Assembly: GCF_006345805.1 (NCBI RefSeq)
Contig: NC_043015.1
Coordinates: forward strand, 24,676,001-24,740,000
Reading direction: 5' to 3'
Origin: Octopus sinensis
Lineage: Eukaryota
DNA: 64,000 bases
Part shown: positions 12,813 through 23,900 of the stretch, one piece after another
Numbering within the stretch: the stretch's first letter is position 1
Layout of the letters: each line of letters begins with the position of its first letter
The notes under the pieces: generated by a model
Database searches by the model: none
Told to the model about the DNA's origin: nothing
The model's input: only the letters and a program-made list of their open reading frames with translations
Program-made: the position numbers and the translations under genes

Positions 12813-15406
12813 TATGTAAGGTGGTAATCTTGATCTCCAACTTTACATGTAAATTGTGCTATAACTCATAATACTCTGTTATTTACCTTGTGAAGATCTC
12901 TCATAAGGAATTGTGGTGCATAACAAAAATGTGTAATTATATCACTGACAGATGAGAATTGTCTTTGATGTTTACCAGAGCTGCCAAATCATGTGGTCAG
13001 ATTCAGCAATGACTATATTGAATTTGTGAGAAATTTTCTTTCTTATGATATAAAAATCTTTAAAAAATTATGTTCTTTTTAAAGTGAAAATTAATGAAAA
13101 ATTTATCACTTTTATATTTCATAACAATTATCTGTCCTATACCCATCGATTTCTATTTCAAACTGAAGTGAAAGATGTCCTCTTCATGACAGCATGAATT
13201 TCAACACAAATCAAGCTACAGCACTCCCCATGCATTGAACTAGAATGATGGCTATTGTTCAGCAGACAAAAGAAGAAGAAAGAGAAAAAACAGGGCACAC
13301 TTTGTAAATGGGTGGAAATACCAGGGTGAGTGAAGGCTCCTGGCATATGTAAGTGTCAGATTTTGATTTGAATGATATCAGAAAAAAGTTCAAAATCAGA
13401 AGTTTCAAATTATAAAATTTTTCACAGAAAAAAAATTATTTTGGCATAAAAATGATCAAGCAAAAAGTGTGTCTTTGTGTCGTTAAACTGTGCTTGGCTC
13501 TCTTCAGTGGTGCTCTATAGTGATACCTAATGTGTGTGTGTGTGTGTGTGTGTGTGTGTTGTGTGTGTGTGTGTGTGTGTGTCTGTGTGTGTGTCTGTGT
13601 GTGTGTCTGTGTGTGTATCTGTGTCTGTTAAACGATGATGATGAGGATGATGAGATATATATATATATATCATTTGTTTTGCTGCATTCTTTTAGAAATC
13701 CTCCTTTATATCTCTGCATATGTACACTCTGGGCATATTTTTAAAAACAAGATCAAATTTGGAATATATTTGGAATAAATACCATTCTTAGGGTTTCTAT
13801 TTCTCAGTGGCATTTCCTTTTATAATCAATTCAATAATTTGCTTCAAGAAACAAAGAACCTGTTGTTGTTGAGCATATCAATGTGAGCCTTGTAGTAAGC
13901 TTTTGCTGGAAGATCCATTTTCATCTTCACCAGATCATTATCCGGCAGCATAGTGACAGGTATCAACTTGTTTATTACTTAACTAACTAAACATGATAAA
14001 TCTCTTCTCCTTTTTCTTTTCTATTTAGTCTTTGCAGTCCAACCCTTGCTAGCATGGAAAGCAGACGCTAAACGATCCTATACCAAGACTCTCTTCTCTT
14101 TCTCCCAGTCTTTATGTTTACATCTTCAACTCACTAGGATTATCATTTGGCTTTTTGTTTGTTTGAATGTTTGTCTATTCATTCATGTATTTATTCAGTA
14201 ATTGCACTGCAGGCATTCTGTTCCTCTGCAGTATAATGCGAAAGAAATGGAAAATAGCTAAATGGCAGCAGTTGTTTACCTGCATGAATTAGACATGGAC
14301 AGGAATTCACATATCCACAGACATGCAGAAACATCATGTATGAGTGTCCATTTGTGTGTGTGTGTGGGGGGGTATATATGCATTTAGAAAGAGAGAGATG
14401 GAGACATAGTAATAGAGTGTTGATTACATTAATATCAGCGTACATTTGGTTGCTAATTAACTCTCATTTGAATATTAAATCTTGCAAAATATCTTACCAA
14501 ATTTGAAAATTGAGTGTTTCTCAGTTGTCTGACTAATGGTGATCTAGTTGTCTGATTAACTGTATTATCTGCTGTTGATTTATCACGTGAGTAGTTGTCT
14601 ATTTCATAGACATGTGTACCCAAACTGTCCAACCCACAGCAGCATAAGAAAACAGATGTTAAACAATGATGACAAGGATAATGATGACGACGACGATGAT
14701 GATTCAGTATTACACAGTGCACAATAAGCTGCACCTTTTGAGTGACAGGTAAAATCCAATTCACAGACATTGATACCGTTTCCATTCAGCCACCCATTTT
14801 CACCCACAGGATATAGGAAGACCCAACTCTATAGAAAATGGCATGACATATCTGCCCAAGATGCCACCCATTGGGATTGGACCCAGGACTTTGTGGTTGT
14901 GAAATGACCTCTTAATCATTCAATTATGCTGCACCTCCTAGAAGTAAACCATACAAACATTACAAAGAAACTATGCCAACTCTGCATATTAGAGAAATAT
15001 GAAAGTGTATTTGCAATAGTTTTTTTATTAACTAGAAATGCAGGACTTGTTTTTTCCTACATGCACTGAAAGTATAGTCCACTGCAATATTTTGAATCTA
15101 TAGGTTTCTGGATCAAGTGGAACTTGCTTCGTTATTTTAACAAATAACCCTTTTTTTGTAAAACACTTGTTTAGTTATCAATGATTTGTATCAATAATCG
15201 AATATCTATAACTGAATTTACATTAATGACATGCACACTAATCTTCAATGCATTTCAACGTGTATAATAATAATCTTCATAATCTTCTAGCCTGCATGTG
15301 AGTGTGTGTGTGCATGCAAGCATATGAGTACACACGTGTGTGCCTGTGCATGTATGTGTGTATTTAGGTATGTGTGTGTGTGTATGTATGTATATATATA
15401 TATATA

Positions 15407-15459
<53 letters not shown>

Positions 15460-15804
15460 GAGGTGTTAAGCCCTCTAAGGGATAAAAGCATCCAGAGGCA
15501 CTCCTGGTAATTACCTCAGTAAATATGGTCCTTGTTATAAGGTATATGATAGCAGGTAATTTAAGAGGTAAACCATAGTGTAATGTATATATTGTATGAA
15601 CTTTTTGAAACAAATGATATATATATATATATATACATATACATTAAACTACGTCTATATATATATATATATATATATCTGATTTGTTTGAGCAGTTCAT
15701 TACAACAATGACATTGCATCTGTTTAAATCTGATCAGAGATTCTTTGTACAGACTTCTACATCACATGAAGAATAACCAATTCCTCAAACCAGCATCCAT
15801 TTAC

Positions 15805-15903
15805 AATCAATGCTGCTTCATAAACAGCCTCAATCACTTTCATCTGATGCTTCAATCCATTTTGTGTCCTTCCAGTAAATTTTTCTAATTTCGTTCTTCT
15901 CTT
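15805..15903 (-). CDS. Weak candidate exon (KRRTKLEKFTGRTQNGLKHQMKVIEAVYEAALI)
   Basis: tttatctattccAG acceptor, GTAAAT donor, 99 nt open only in phase 0; no homology recognised. Confidence 0.2.
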
Positions 15904-16368
15904 CTGGAATAGATAAATTTCTTAGAAGAAATGTATTCAGAAAATTGAAACTGGACTCTACTTTTGAAACCCTCACAAAGGGGCATAATTCAGATTTTTG
16001 AGACTTATTTCTGATTTCTGTAGCAATGAGAAAATTTTTTGCTAGATGTAACATTGCAGTTAATTAAAATAAATTCATAAGTTAATTTATTATGAGAAGA
16101 ATTCAGTTTGATACAAGATGTGGCAAAATAGGATTTTCAACAGAGCATCATATGAAATGCCCTGCAGAAATTCTTCCAGCATTTTGGGGTTTTGATTTTA
16201 AATTCTACCATATGTACTTTTAAACCAACTGTTTCTCTTTAATGCTTAAAATTTCATTCACTTCCAAAATTATGAATTAGCCAACTCTTAGCCATGACTT
16301 CAAATGACACTCTACTGCATCCATAAGGTAAAGACACATTAGACAACGTAGTCCTAGATACATATATA

Positions 16369-16518
16369 CTGTATTTTAACGTGTATATGGAACCCCCTAA
16401 TTTTGGGGGCTTAAAATTTGGAAAAAAGGTTTCATAAGGGATTATAATACAATCCATGTATAAGAAACTCCCATAATTTTTGACAAAAAAGGGTTTCCTT
16501 ATACACGTTAAAATATGG
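16369..16518. mobile_element. 150-bp pogo/Tigger-like MITE
   Basis: TIRs c(t/c)(g/a)tattttaacgtgtata(t/a)ggaa.ccc, TA at 16367-68 and 16519-20. Confidence 0.8.
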
Positions 16519-16919
16519 TAATAAATGGGATCATGGCTGGATTGATTCCCATCACAGAAATGATTAACTGCAGTAGATCTGTGAATGAATAATAATTTGC
16601 CACTAGGAATAAGGCCAAGAATTTTATGGGGAAAGAACAGATGTGAATATCGACCCTAGAAATTGACTGCTACTTTATTTTGTGAATCCGTTGAAGGATG
16701 AGAAGCAAAGATGGCCAGTGTAAGATACGAATTCAGGAAGTAAAGGGTTCCAAATAAATTTCACAAGGACTTTGACCAAGTCTCTAAGGATTCAGGGAGA
16801 AAAAAAAAAACTAATGAGAGAGTCAACCTATGGCTATTTGACTGGCAAAACGTTGCAACTAAATGCCCTTTCAATAACAAGCAACCGTCTTCCAGAGATT
16901 TTAGGATAATGGAATGTTA

Positions 16920-17298
16920 TCCTCGTTTCAGTCATTAGGTTGTGGTCATGCTGGGGCACCATTTGAAGGGTTTTTAGTTGACCAAATTGCCTCTTGTACT
17001 TAATGTTTTAAAGTTTGGTACTTTTTTATCAGTCTCTTTTGCTGAACTGCTAGACTAAAGGGATGTAAGCAAACCAACACGTGTGTCAAGCAGGGAGGTG
17101 AGAAGGCAAACATTGACATTGAAACACACACATACATATATATATATATACAATGGGCTTCCACTGAGTTTCCATCAACGAAATTCTTTCAGAAGGCTCA
17201 GGGCTATAGTAGAAGACACTTGCCCAGGGTGCTGTGCAGTGGGACTGAACCCAGAACCATGTGGATGCAAAGCTTCTTATTCACACTGCCACGCCTAT
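16920..17298 (-). mobile_element. SINE family A, diverged
   Basis: Reverse complement of family A head (ggttctgggttcagtcccactgc), body and tail. Confidence 0.75.
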
Positions 17299-17420
17299 GC
17301 CAGTTAGTACAAAAAGCAAATAGAAAACAAATAGGACGCAGTGACAACTAACGGAAAGCTTTTCATCTGGGAGTTAAACAATAATAAAATCTACTACAAC
17401 AACCATAATGGCCTACATAC

Positions 17421-17441
17421 AGCAGTGATGACATTGTGTTT
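17421..17441 (-). CDS. Weak candidate 21-nt microexon (KHNVITA in phase 0)
   Basis: ttttgattttatatattttattaaaacAG acceptor and GTATGT donor; length divisible by 3. Confidence 0.2.
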
Positions 17442-17598
17442 CTGTTTTAATAAAATATATAAAATCAAAAGGAAGGGGAAATGATTGGTATAAAACCAAA
17501 AGAAAGAAAATGGAGAGGAATGGGGTAAATAAAGAGATAGAAATAAATCACCGGAAGAGAAAATCTGAAGATAAAAGGCTTCATTTTTGTGCTCTGGT

Positions 17599-17672
<74 letters not shown>

Positions 17673-18192
17673 TAAGAAATCTCTAAAATAGTGTTAGCAT
17701 TAATGAAATTATGATGTATGCAAATGAAGACCATCAAATCAGAATTTATTATAAATATATAAAACAAAACATCCTCCCCCAAAAAATTAAGAAGCAATCA
17801 AATAGCAACACTGATGATGATGGTGATGAGGAGGAGGAGGAAAAGGAGAGCAAGAAGATAAGGAAGATGGACAACAACAAAATATGTAGCCATCAATAAC
17901 AATTAGATGAAGGGCTTCTATATATGTGTGTGTTTATTTGTGTGTGGCATATGCATACATATATACATACATACATACATACATACATATAAATATGTAT
18001 ATATATATATATATATACGTTTAAATATTTGTTGTGCAAGATTTTTATGTGAAGTCGTGTGTTGAAACAGATATTGTTATATTTCGGAATGGTCATTTTG
18101 CCAGTTTAGCCAATAAAAACACACACACTATATATTTGGTGTTATTTTGCTTCAGTGTTATTTATTTTTTACATTAATCTTAATCTTATTTC

Positions 18193-18237
18193 GGCCAGAG
18201 TTCTTTCGTCACACTCCTGTGACCGCATCAGTGGTCC
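18193..18237 (-). ncRNA. Type I hammerhead-like motif with variant core
   Basis: gg(a)cca-CTGATGC-g-gtcaca-ggag-tgtgac-GAAA-g-aa-c-TC-tggcc: stems I and II pair; core position 9 is C instead of A. Confidence 0.5.
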
Positions 18238-18905
18238 TTTGTTTTCTTCTTTCTTATTTGTGGTCTCTCCTTACTAACCGTCAGCCATTTTGTATTTCTA
18301 TTGTATGTCTTCATTTGCGCATGCTTATATCTCTATGTGCGTCTATGTTTATTTAGTGTGTGTATGTGGGGGGATGCCTGTAACATTTGTATCTTCTTAC
18401 TTAAAAGGCAGCCCCAACATGTGCTCTCTCATTCATTCACCTAGCAGCTCACAGATAAGTTTCAATGCTTATTTTCACTTCTCGACCAATCATACATGTT
18501 TTTTTATCTGTTGTTATTTATCTATCTAACTATTTTATCTAATTTCTCCAGTTCTCTTCTATTAATTCTGCCCGACCAAGTCTCGCTTTCTTGTCTATAT
18601 TCAACCTTCGCGTATTCGCGGTGCACCCACCCTGCCCACCTCCACCACCAATACCGGATATCTCTATATTTTTGCTCCATCTATACTGGATGTCGCTTCT
18701 CCCACCACCATTATAGGTGTCTACTCTTCGAACCCCCCTCCTCAATACGCTATTTCACCATGCATTACCCCTCTCTTGATATCCTACGTTCTACTTGCCT
18801 AGAATCTGTCATCATTTCTCTGAACCACCCCTCCCCACTGGTTCTCCCCTATATTTCTGCACCCCCCCACTGGTGCTTCCCTATATTTCTGCACCCCCCC
18901 CCCAC

Positions 18906-19216
18906 ATAAAAAGCACTATCCGAACGTGGCCGATGCCAGCACCGCCCCAACTGGCTTCTGTGCAGGTGGCACATAAAAAGCACCAACCGACCGTGGCCGA
19001 TGCCAGACCCTTCTGGCACCTGTGCAGGTGGCACGTAAAAAGCACCCACTACACTCGCGGAGTGGTTGGCGTTAGGAACGGCATCCAGCTGTAGAAACAC
19101 TGCCAGACCAGACTGGAGCCTGGGGCAGCCCCTGGCTCCCCAGACCCCGGTCGAAACCGTCCAACCCGTGCTAGCGCGGAAAACGGACGTTAAACGATGA
19201 TGATGATGATGATGAT
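18906..19216 (+). mobile_element. RTE-tail repeat with tandem ggcac(a/g)taaaaagcac units
   Basis: Three taaaaagcac-anchored units followed by the standard tail and (atg)n. Confidence 0.85.
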
Positions 19217-19480
19217 GTTTATATATGTTCATGTAATTTGTATTTTGTCTTTGTTGTTTTTGTTTATTCTTATTTTGTTCATGTGTTTACATCCACTTAT
19301 TATTATCATTACATATGCTTGTATGTATGTATGTATGTATAACAACAATACTAGTAATAATAATAATAAATCGAATCGAAAAAAAATATATACATATAGA
19401 TATATATATATATATATAGTTATTTATTTCTATTAGTTTATTTATCTGTGTATTTATTATGTTTTCACGATCCTCTATCG

Positions 19481-20500
19481 TCATATGTTGTGGTTTGTGT
19501 TAGTGCTCCATTCTAGTTTTCTATTCAGGCTAGGTTTATTTTCTATTATGTGTGTAGCTTCTGTAATTTGTCTAATTGTTGCATCTGATCTATGTGTGGA
19601 TAATATTTTAAGTTCTATGTTATTGATTGATCCCCCGTGTTCCTGTTCGGCGTGTTGGTACAGAATCGATGAGCTTTTACCTTCCTTGAGTTGTCTCCAA
19701 TGCTCATTTACCCACTCTCCTATGCTTCTTGCCGTTTCCCCTACGTATGTTGTTGTCTTGTTACTGCATCGTCCCTCTATACATCTTATACTATAGACTA
19801 CATTTCTGGCTTTACAGTTTGTTTGTGGGCTAAATCTACATACAGTACAGTACTTATCCGTACAGGGGGTTCTACTAAAAGGATAGGTTCTACCAATTAT
19901 AGATTTGATAGGGTTGCCTGGCTTTTCAACAACCTTAATTCTTAGCTTAAGTTTGTCTAGAGTCCTTCTAAAGCGGTACGCCAGTTCACCTCCAGGGGTG
20001 GTGTCAACGAACATGACACTCTGGTATTTATGGCTATCATACCAAGAGTTGGCCTTCCCTATTTTCTTTTTTGTCCTTTCTATAGTGTTCCATGACTTGT
20101 TCCTATAGAGTGGGCAAATCCCATTCCTATCATTACATAATATATTATCAAATTTCTTAATGGCTCCTTTGTATACTCTGATCCTTTCTTTATGGCTGTA
20201 ACCTGAGAACTGCATGCGGTGAATGAAATATTGTATGTGTCTCTTTAACTCTGTAGGCTCACACATGCGTGACCCATTTCTCATTATTCTGACGAGGGCT
20301 GCCATCAAAATATTGAATTTGACATTGTCCGCAATGGCTGAGTTCCGGTGGATCAAGTATTTTGAGGCCATAGGTTTGGCATAGTATGAATGAAGGATTT
20401 GGGTTTTATTATTCACAATTTCTAGCCAGAGTTCGGTGTCTAGTACTGGTAGTCTATGGTTGGGGTGTTTAGTGGGGTAGTCTATTGTGACCTTAATACT
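19481..20500 (-). pseudogene. PLE ORF fragment: RT C-terminus/thumb, Cys linker and GIY-YIG endonuclease
   Basis: Frame stays open upstream of the 311-aa ORF (SIKVTIDYPTKHPNHRLPVLD...HSYYAKPMASKYLIH), FVDTTPGGELA, C-x4-C-x2-C-x7-C, VVYSIRC...YVGETARSIGEWVNEH; the usual catalytic Arg position reads W. Confidence 0.9.
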
Positions 20501-21664
20501 TGATCCACCGGAACTCAGCCATTGCGGACAATGCCAAATTCAATATTTTGATGGCAGCATATGTGTGTTTTGTGTTTATTGGTATTACATAATTCAGTAA
20601 TTTATTAATGATGCATTTTAATCGATCCACGTCTGATCAACTACAATAGTACAGAGATCTGGAATTAAATGCCAACATATCCACCTGAAACATACCCATC
20701 TTCTATCCTGTATTAGTAATCTTTTATTCTTTAAATAACATTTCTACATATATATTTGTGTTGTGTGTGTGTGTGTATGTACGTACATATGTATGTGTAG
20801 TCAAACGTCAAAATAAAGCAGGATTAGTAATCCAGGCAAAATAATACAAGCACTCTACACATAAAAATTCACTGGGCTAAGCAACAAGTCCTAAGGTTGA
20901 TCCTGGAATCCAAGCAATCTGAATCCAAGTCTGTTACCAGTCAAATTCATAAGTCTATGGTCAGCAAAGAACTGGTCAGTTACTGCAAATTGATGTGAGT
21001 TCCCTTTAGCCCTGAAAAGGACAAAAGCAGGGCTGTTGTGTTCTCTCATTTCTCTTGATTGATCATGGACTGCTGAATTAATGAAACTGATCTACAGAAG
21101 TGAATTCCTCCAAATGCTTCCCTACAGCAACTGGCGGCCCTCACAGAAGATATAGAATTTATTATCTGTGTAAATTTTAAATATATATAAAAGGATTCAT
21201 AATCCAGGTGAAATACTTTATAAGTTCTCAGTACAAGAGTATACACCAAGCTAGCAAATCTGTTTTGGAATAAATATAGCAAAGAAAGGAATCCAAACTG
21301 AACAGTCACCAGTCAAATTTATAAATCTGAGACATGATCACCAAGTAAGAGTGGTAAGACCTTGTTACAGAGTAACAGTGCTTTGTGTTCGTAGGCAGCC
21401 GGAGCTTTGAACTGTTCTCTGGTCTGATGAAGTGACTTTATGTCTACATGTGTCTCATGGAATTTATGTGTATGCATGTATATGTACATGTGTATACATG
21501 TATATGTACATGTATATATGTTAATGTATTTTCTGAGAGTGTGTACACATATATACATGTATATTCAAGTATGTGTCTGCTTGTGTGTGTGCAAAATATT
21601 GTCATTGTTCCTCTGATGATGACCATTGCCTTTGGACTGAGAAGCTTAAAAGAATAAAAAGAAT

Positions 21665-22195
21665 CATCATCATCATCATCATCATCATTATTTATTGTCT
21701 GCTTTCCATGCTGGCATGGGTTTGACAGTTTGACAGGAGGTGGCTAGGCGGAAGACTGCACAAGGCTTCAATGTCTGTTTGGGCATGGTTTTTACAGCTG
21801 CATGCCCCATCCTAGCACCAACACCTTGCAGAGTGGACTGAGTGCTTTTTACATGGCACCAGTACAAGTGAAGTCAGTTTTAGCATATATATATATACAT
21901 ACATATATAATGTACGTAAAAAGCACCATCCGATCGTGGCCGTTGCCAGCCTCGTCTGGTGGCACATAAAAAGCACATAAAAAGCACCATCCGATCATGG
22001 CTATTGCCAGCCTCACCTGTCTGGCACGTAAAAAGCACCAACTACACTCACGGAGTGGTTGGCATTAGGAAGGGTATCCAGCCATAGAAACATTGCCAGA
22101 CTGGGCCTGGTGCAGCCTTCTGGCTTCCCAGACCCCAGTAGAACAGTCCAACCCATGCTAGCATGGAAAACAGACGCTAAATGATGATGATATAC
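21665..22195. mobile_element. Two divergent RTE-tail repeats (21665-21890 minus; 21915-22195 plus)
   Basis: (cat)n...tccatgctggcatggg on minus; ggcacgtaaaaagcacc...catgctagcatggaaaac...(atg)n on plus. Confidence 0.8.
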
Positions 22196-22209
22196 ATGTA
22201 TATAGTTGT

Positions 22210-22620
22210 AGTATCTTCTGTTAAGAATGTAGTTGAGTACAGTATAAAGCTTACCCACCTTCGTATTTCACTCTGTGATATCCAGGTTTGCATTAAGGCT
22301 TCTGTCATGGGTAAATAGATAACCGAAAAATTTGGAGTCCACAAGAAGGAGTACAGTTGGACATTTATTTTCAATCGCTACAATTGTTTTTATACAACAT
22401 AGTTCTCAAGGCATGCAGGTATTTGGTGATGTAACTGTTTCCCTGCATTATGAGATCTAGTTGTGTTTCCTCAGGTGATATATAAATATTGTCTCCGTGA
22501 TTTCAAATTCTCAGCTTCAAGAGCATCCACTCTGCCTGTTGTGTCCCAGAGTTAGTAGTAGCCACTGAGTTTATCAAATGATGTGCTGTAGCGGAAGGTC
22601 CATTGGCGAGATCTGTTCTT
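22210..22620 (-). mobile_element. PLE pLTR-like relic
   Basis: Contains a decayed long-stem-II hammerhead followed by aaataaa, as at PLE 3' ends; boundaries approximate. Confidence 0.45.
22371..22480 (-). ncRNA. Decayed type I hammerhead with extended stem II
   Basis: atcac-CTGAGGA-aacacaactagatctca...atgcagg...cctgcat...tgagaactatgttgtata-AAAAC-AATT-GTA-gcgat; palindromic stem III; GAAA reads AAAA. Confidence 0.55.
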
Positions 22621-22631
22621 CAATTATATAT

Positions 22632-22724
<93 letters not shown>

Positions 22725-22755
22725 GGTATGGTTGTGTGGTAAGAATCTTGCTTCT

Positions 22756-22786
<31 letters not shown>

Positions 22787-23390
22787 ATTTAATGTACAGG
22801 CATGGCTGTATCGTAAGAAGCTTGCGTATCAACCACATGGTTTGAGGTTCAGTCCCACACCATGGCACCTTGGGCAAGTATCTTCTCTTATAGCCTTGAG
22901 CTGACCAAAGCCTTGTGAATGGATTTGGTAGACAGAATCTGAAAGAAGTCCAGTGAATCATTGGCGATTTTTTTCCTCCATCTTTCTTTTCTGTTGGACT
23001 TTCCTTTGTTTCTGAAGAAGAGCTTTGCTCAAAATGTAAAACCACCTTTCTTTCTTTCCCTGAGGGTATGCTAATACTTTACGTCTACCACAACCTTGCG
23101 TTGTTGTTTTTGCTGTGTTTTTTGTGTTTGTTCTTTGTTTTTTTTTATTTATATATAGATAGATATGCATATGTTTGCGTGTTTGTGTTTGTCCCTCCAT
23201 TGTTGCTTGACAACCAATGTCGGTATGTTTATGTCCCCGTAACTTAGCAGTTCGGCAATAGAGACCGATAGAATAAGTACTAGAAAAACAAATAATAAGT
23301 CCTGGGGTCGATTTGTTCGACAAAGGCAGTGCTCCAGCATGGCTACAGTCAAATGACTGAAACAAATAAAAAAACTAATAAATAAAAGAA
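22725..23390 (+). mobile_element. SINE family A interrupted by a PLE-derived insert (22957-23150)
   Basis: SINE head and body end at gaaagaagtcca; the tail resumes after the insert at tgtttgtgtttgtccc. Confidence 0.85.
23008..23042 (+). ncRNA. Decayed minimal hammerhead ribozyme
   Basis: gttt-CTGAAGA-a-gagc-ttt-gctc-AAAA-tg-TA-aaac; stems I and II intact, cgaaacg inferred to have decayed to caaaatg. Confidence 0.55.
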
Positions 23391-23644
23391 TATATGTGGA
23401 CTTTAGGTGAGTTAAAATATGTTTATGACATATTATTTCAAATTGTGAAGGCAAATTCACTGCAGTTACCATGGTGAAAAAATTCTCTTTTATGGTAAAT
23501 GATATGAAAACACCATACATGCCCAGTCACAGCATTTCCAGCTTTGAAGCCATTATCAATGGAAATTACTACTCTTTGGTATATCCTTTTGATAACTGCT
23601 ATGCCTAAATACTGCTTGGCACTGATACTGCTGAATATAAATAT

Positions 23645-23900
23645 ATATAGAGTTGCTGAAGCATGGAACAAACTGCTGGTATCAGTTGTTAGTTGTCGGA
23701 GCACTGCATCCTTCAAAACTTTCATGCTTTCTGTGATTCACCAACACTACACCTGATTTTCTCCCCTCCATTCACACACAAGCATGTATCTGACTCATAC
23801 ATTGTTCGCTCTCAAGACATTTGTACATTACTGCATGTACTTTATACGCACTTTCTGACAAGTTGTGGTGCACCTGAGCACTGTATACAATAATTTCATT
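23645..23900 (+). mobile_element. CR1/L2-type LINE 3' end
   Basis: RVAEAWNKLLVSVVSCRSTASFKTFML matches the CR1/L2 ORF2 C-terminal motif RV...WN.LP..VV...S...FK..L. Confidence 0.7.

Larger units (their letters stand above)
18018..20558 (-). mobile_element. 5'-truncated Penelope-like retroelement (PLE1), possibly Naiad-like clade, with a nested RTE-tail repeat
   Basis: RT thumb plus GIY-YIG ORF 19481-20500; 64-bp fold-back at the 5' junction; HHR-like motif at 18193-18237 taken as the 3' pLTR. That 18018-19480 belongs to the same element is inferred. Confidence 0.75.

Noticed and set aside
18830-18905. Two roughly 36-bp direct repeats that might suggest a CRISPR-like array
   Set aside because: Only two adjacent copies with no unique spacers, in eukaryotic retroelement UTR sequence
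21424-21430. CTGATGA hammerhead-like core
   Set aside because: No stem II/GAAA/stem III arrangement downstream
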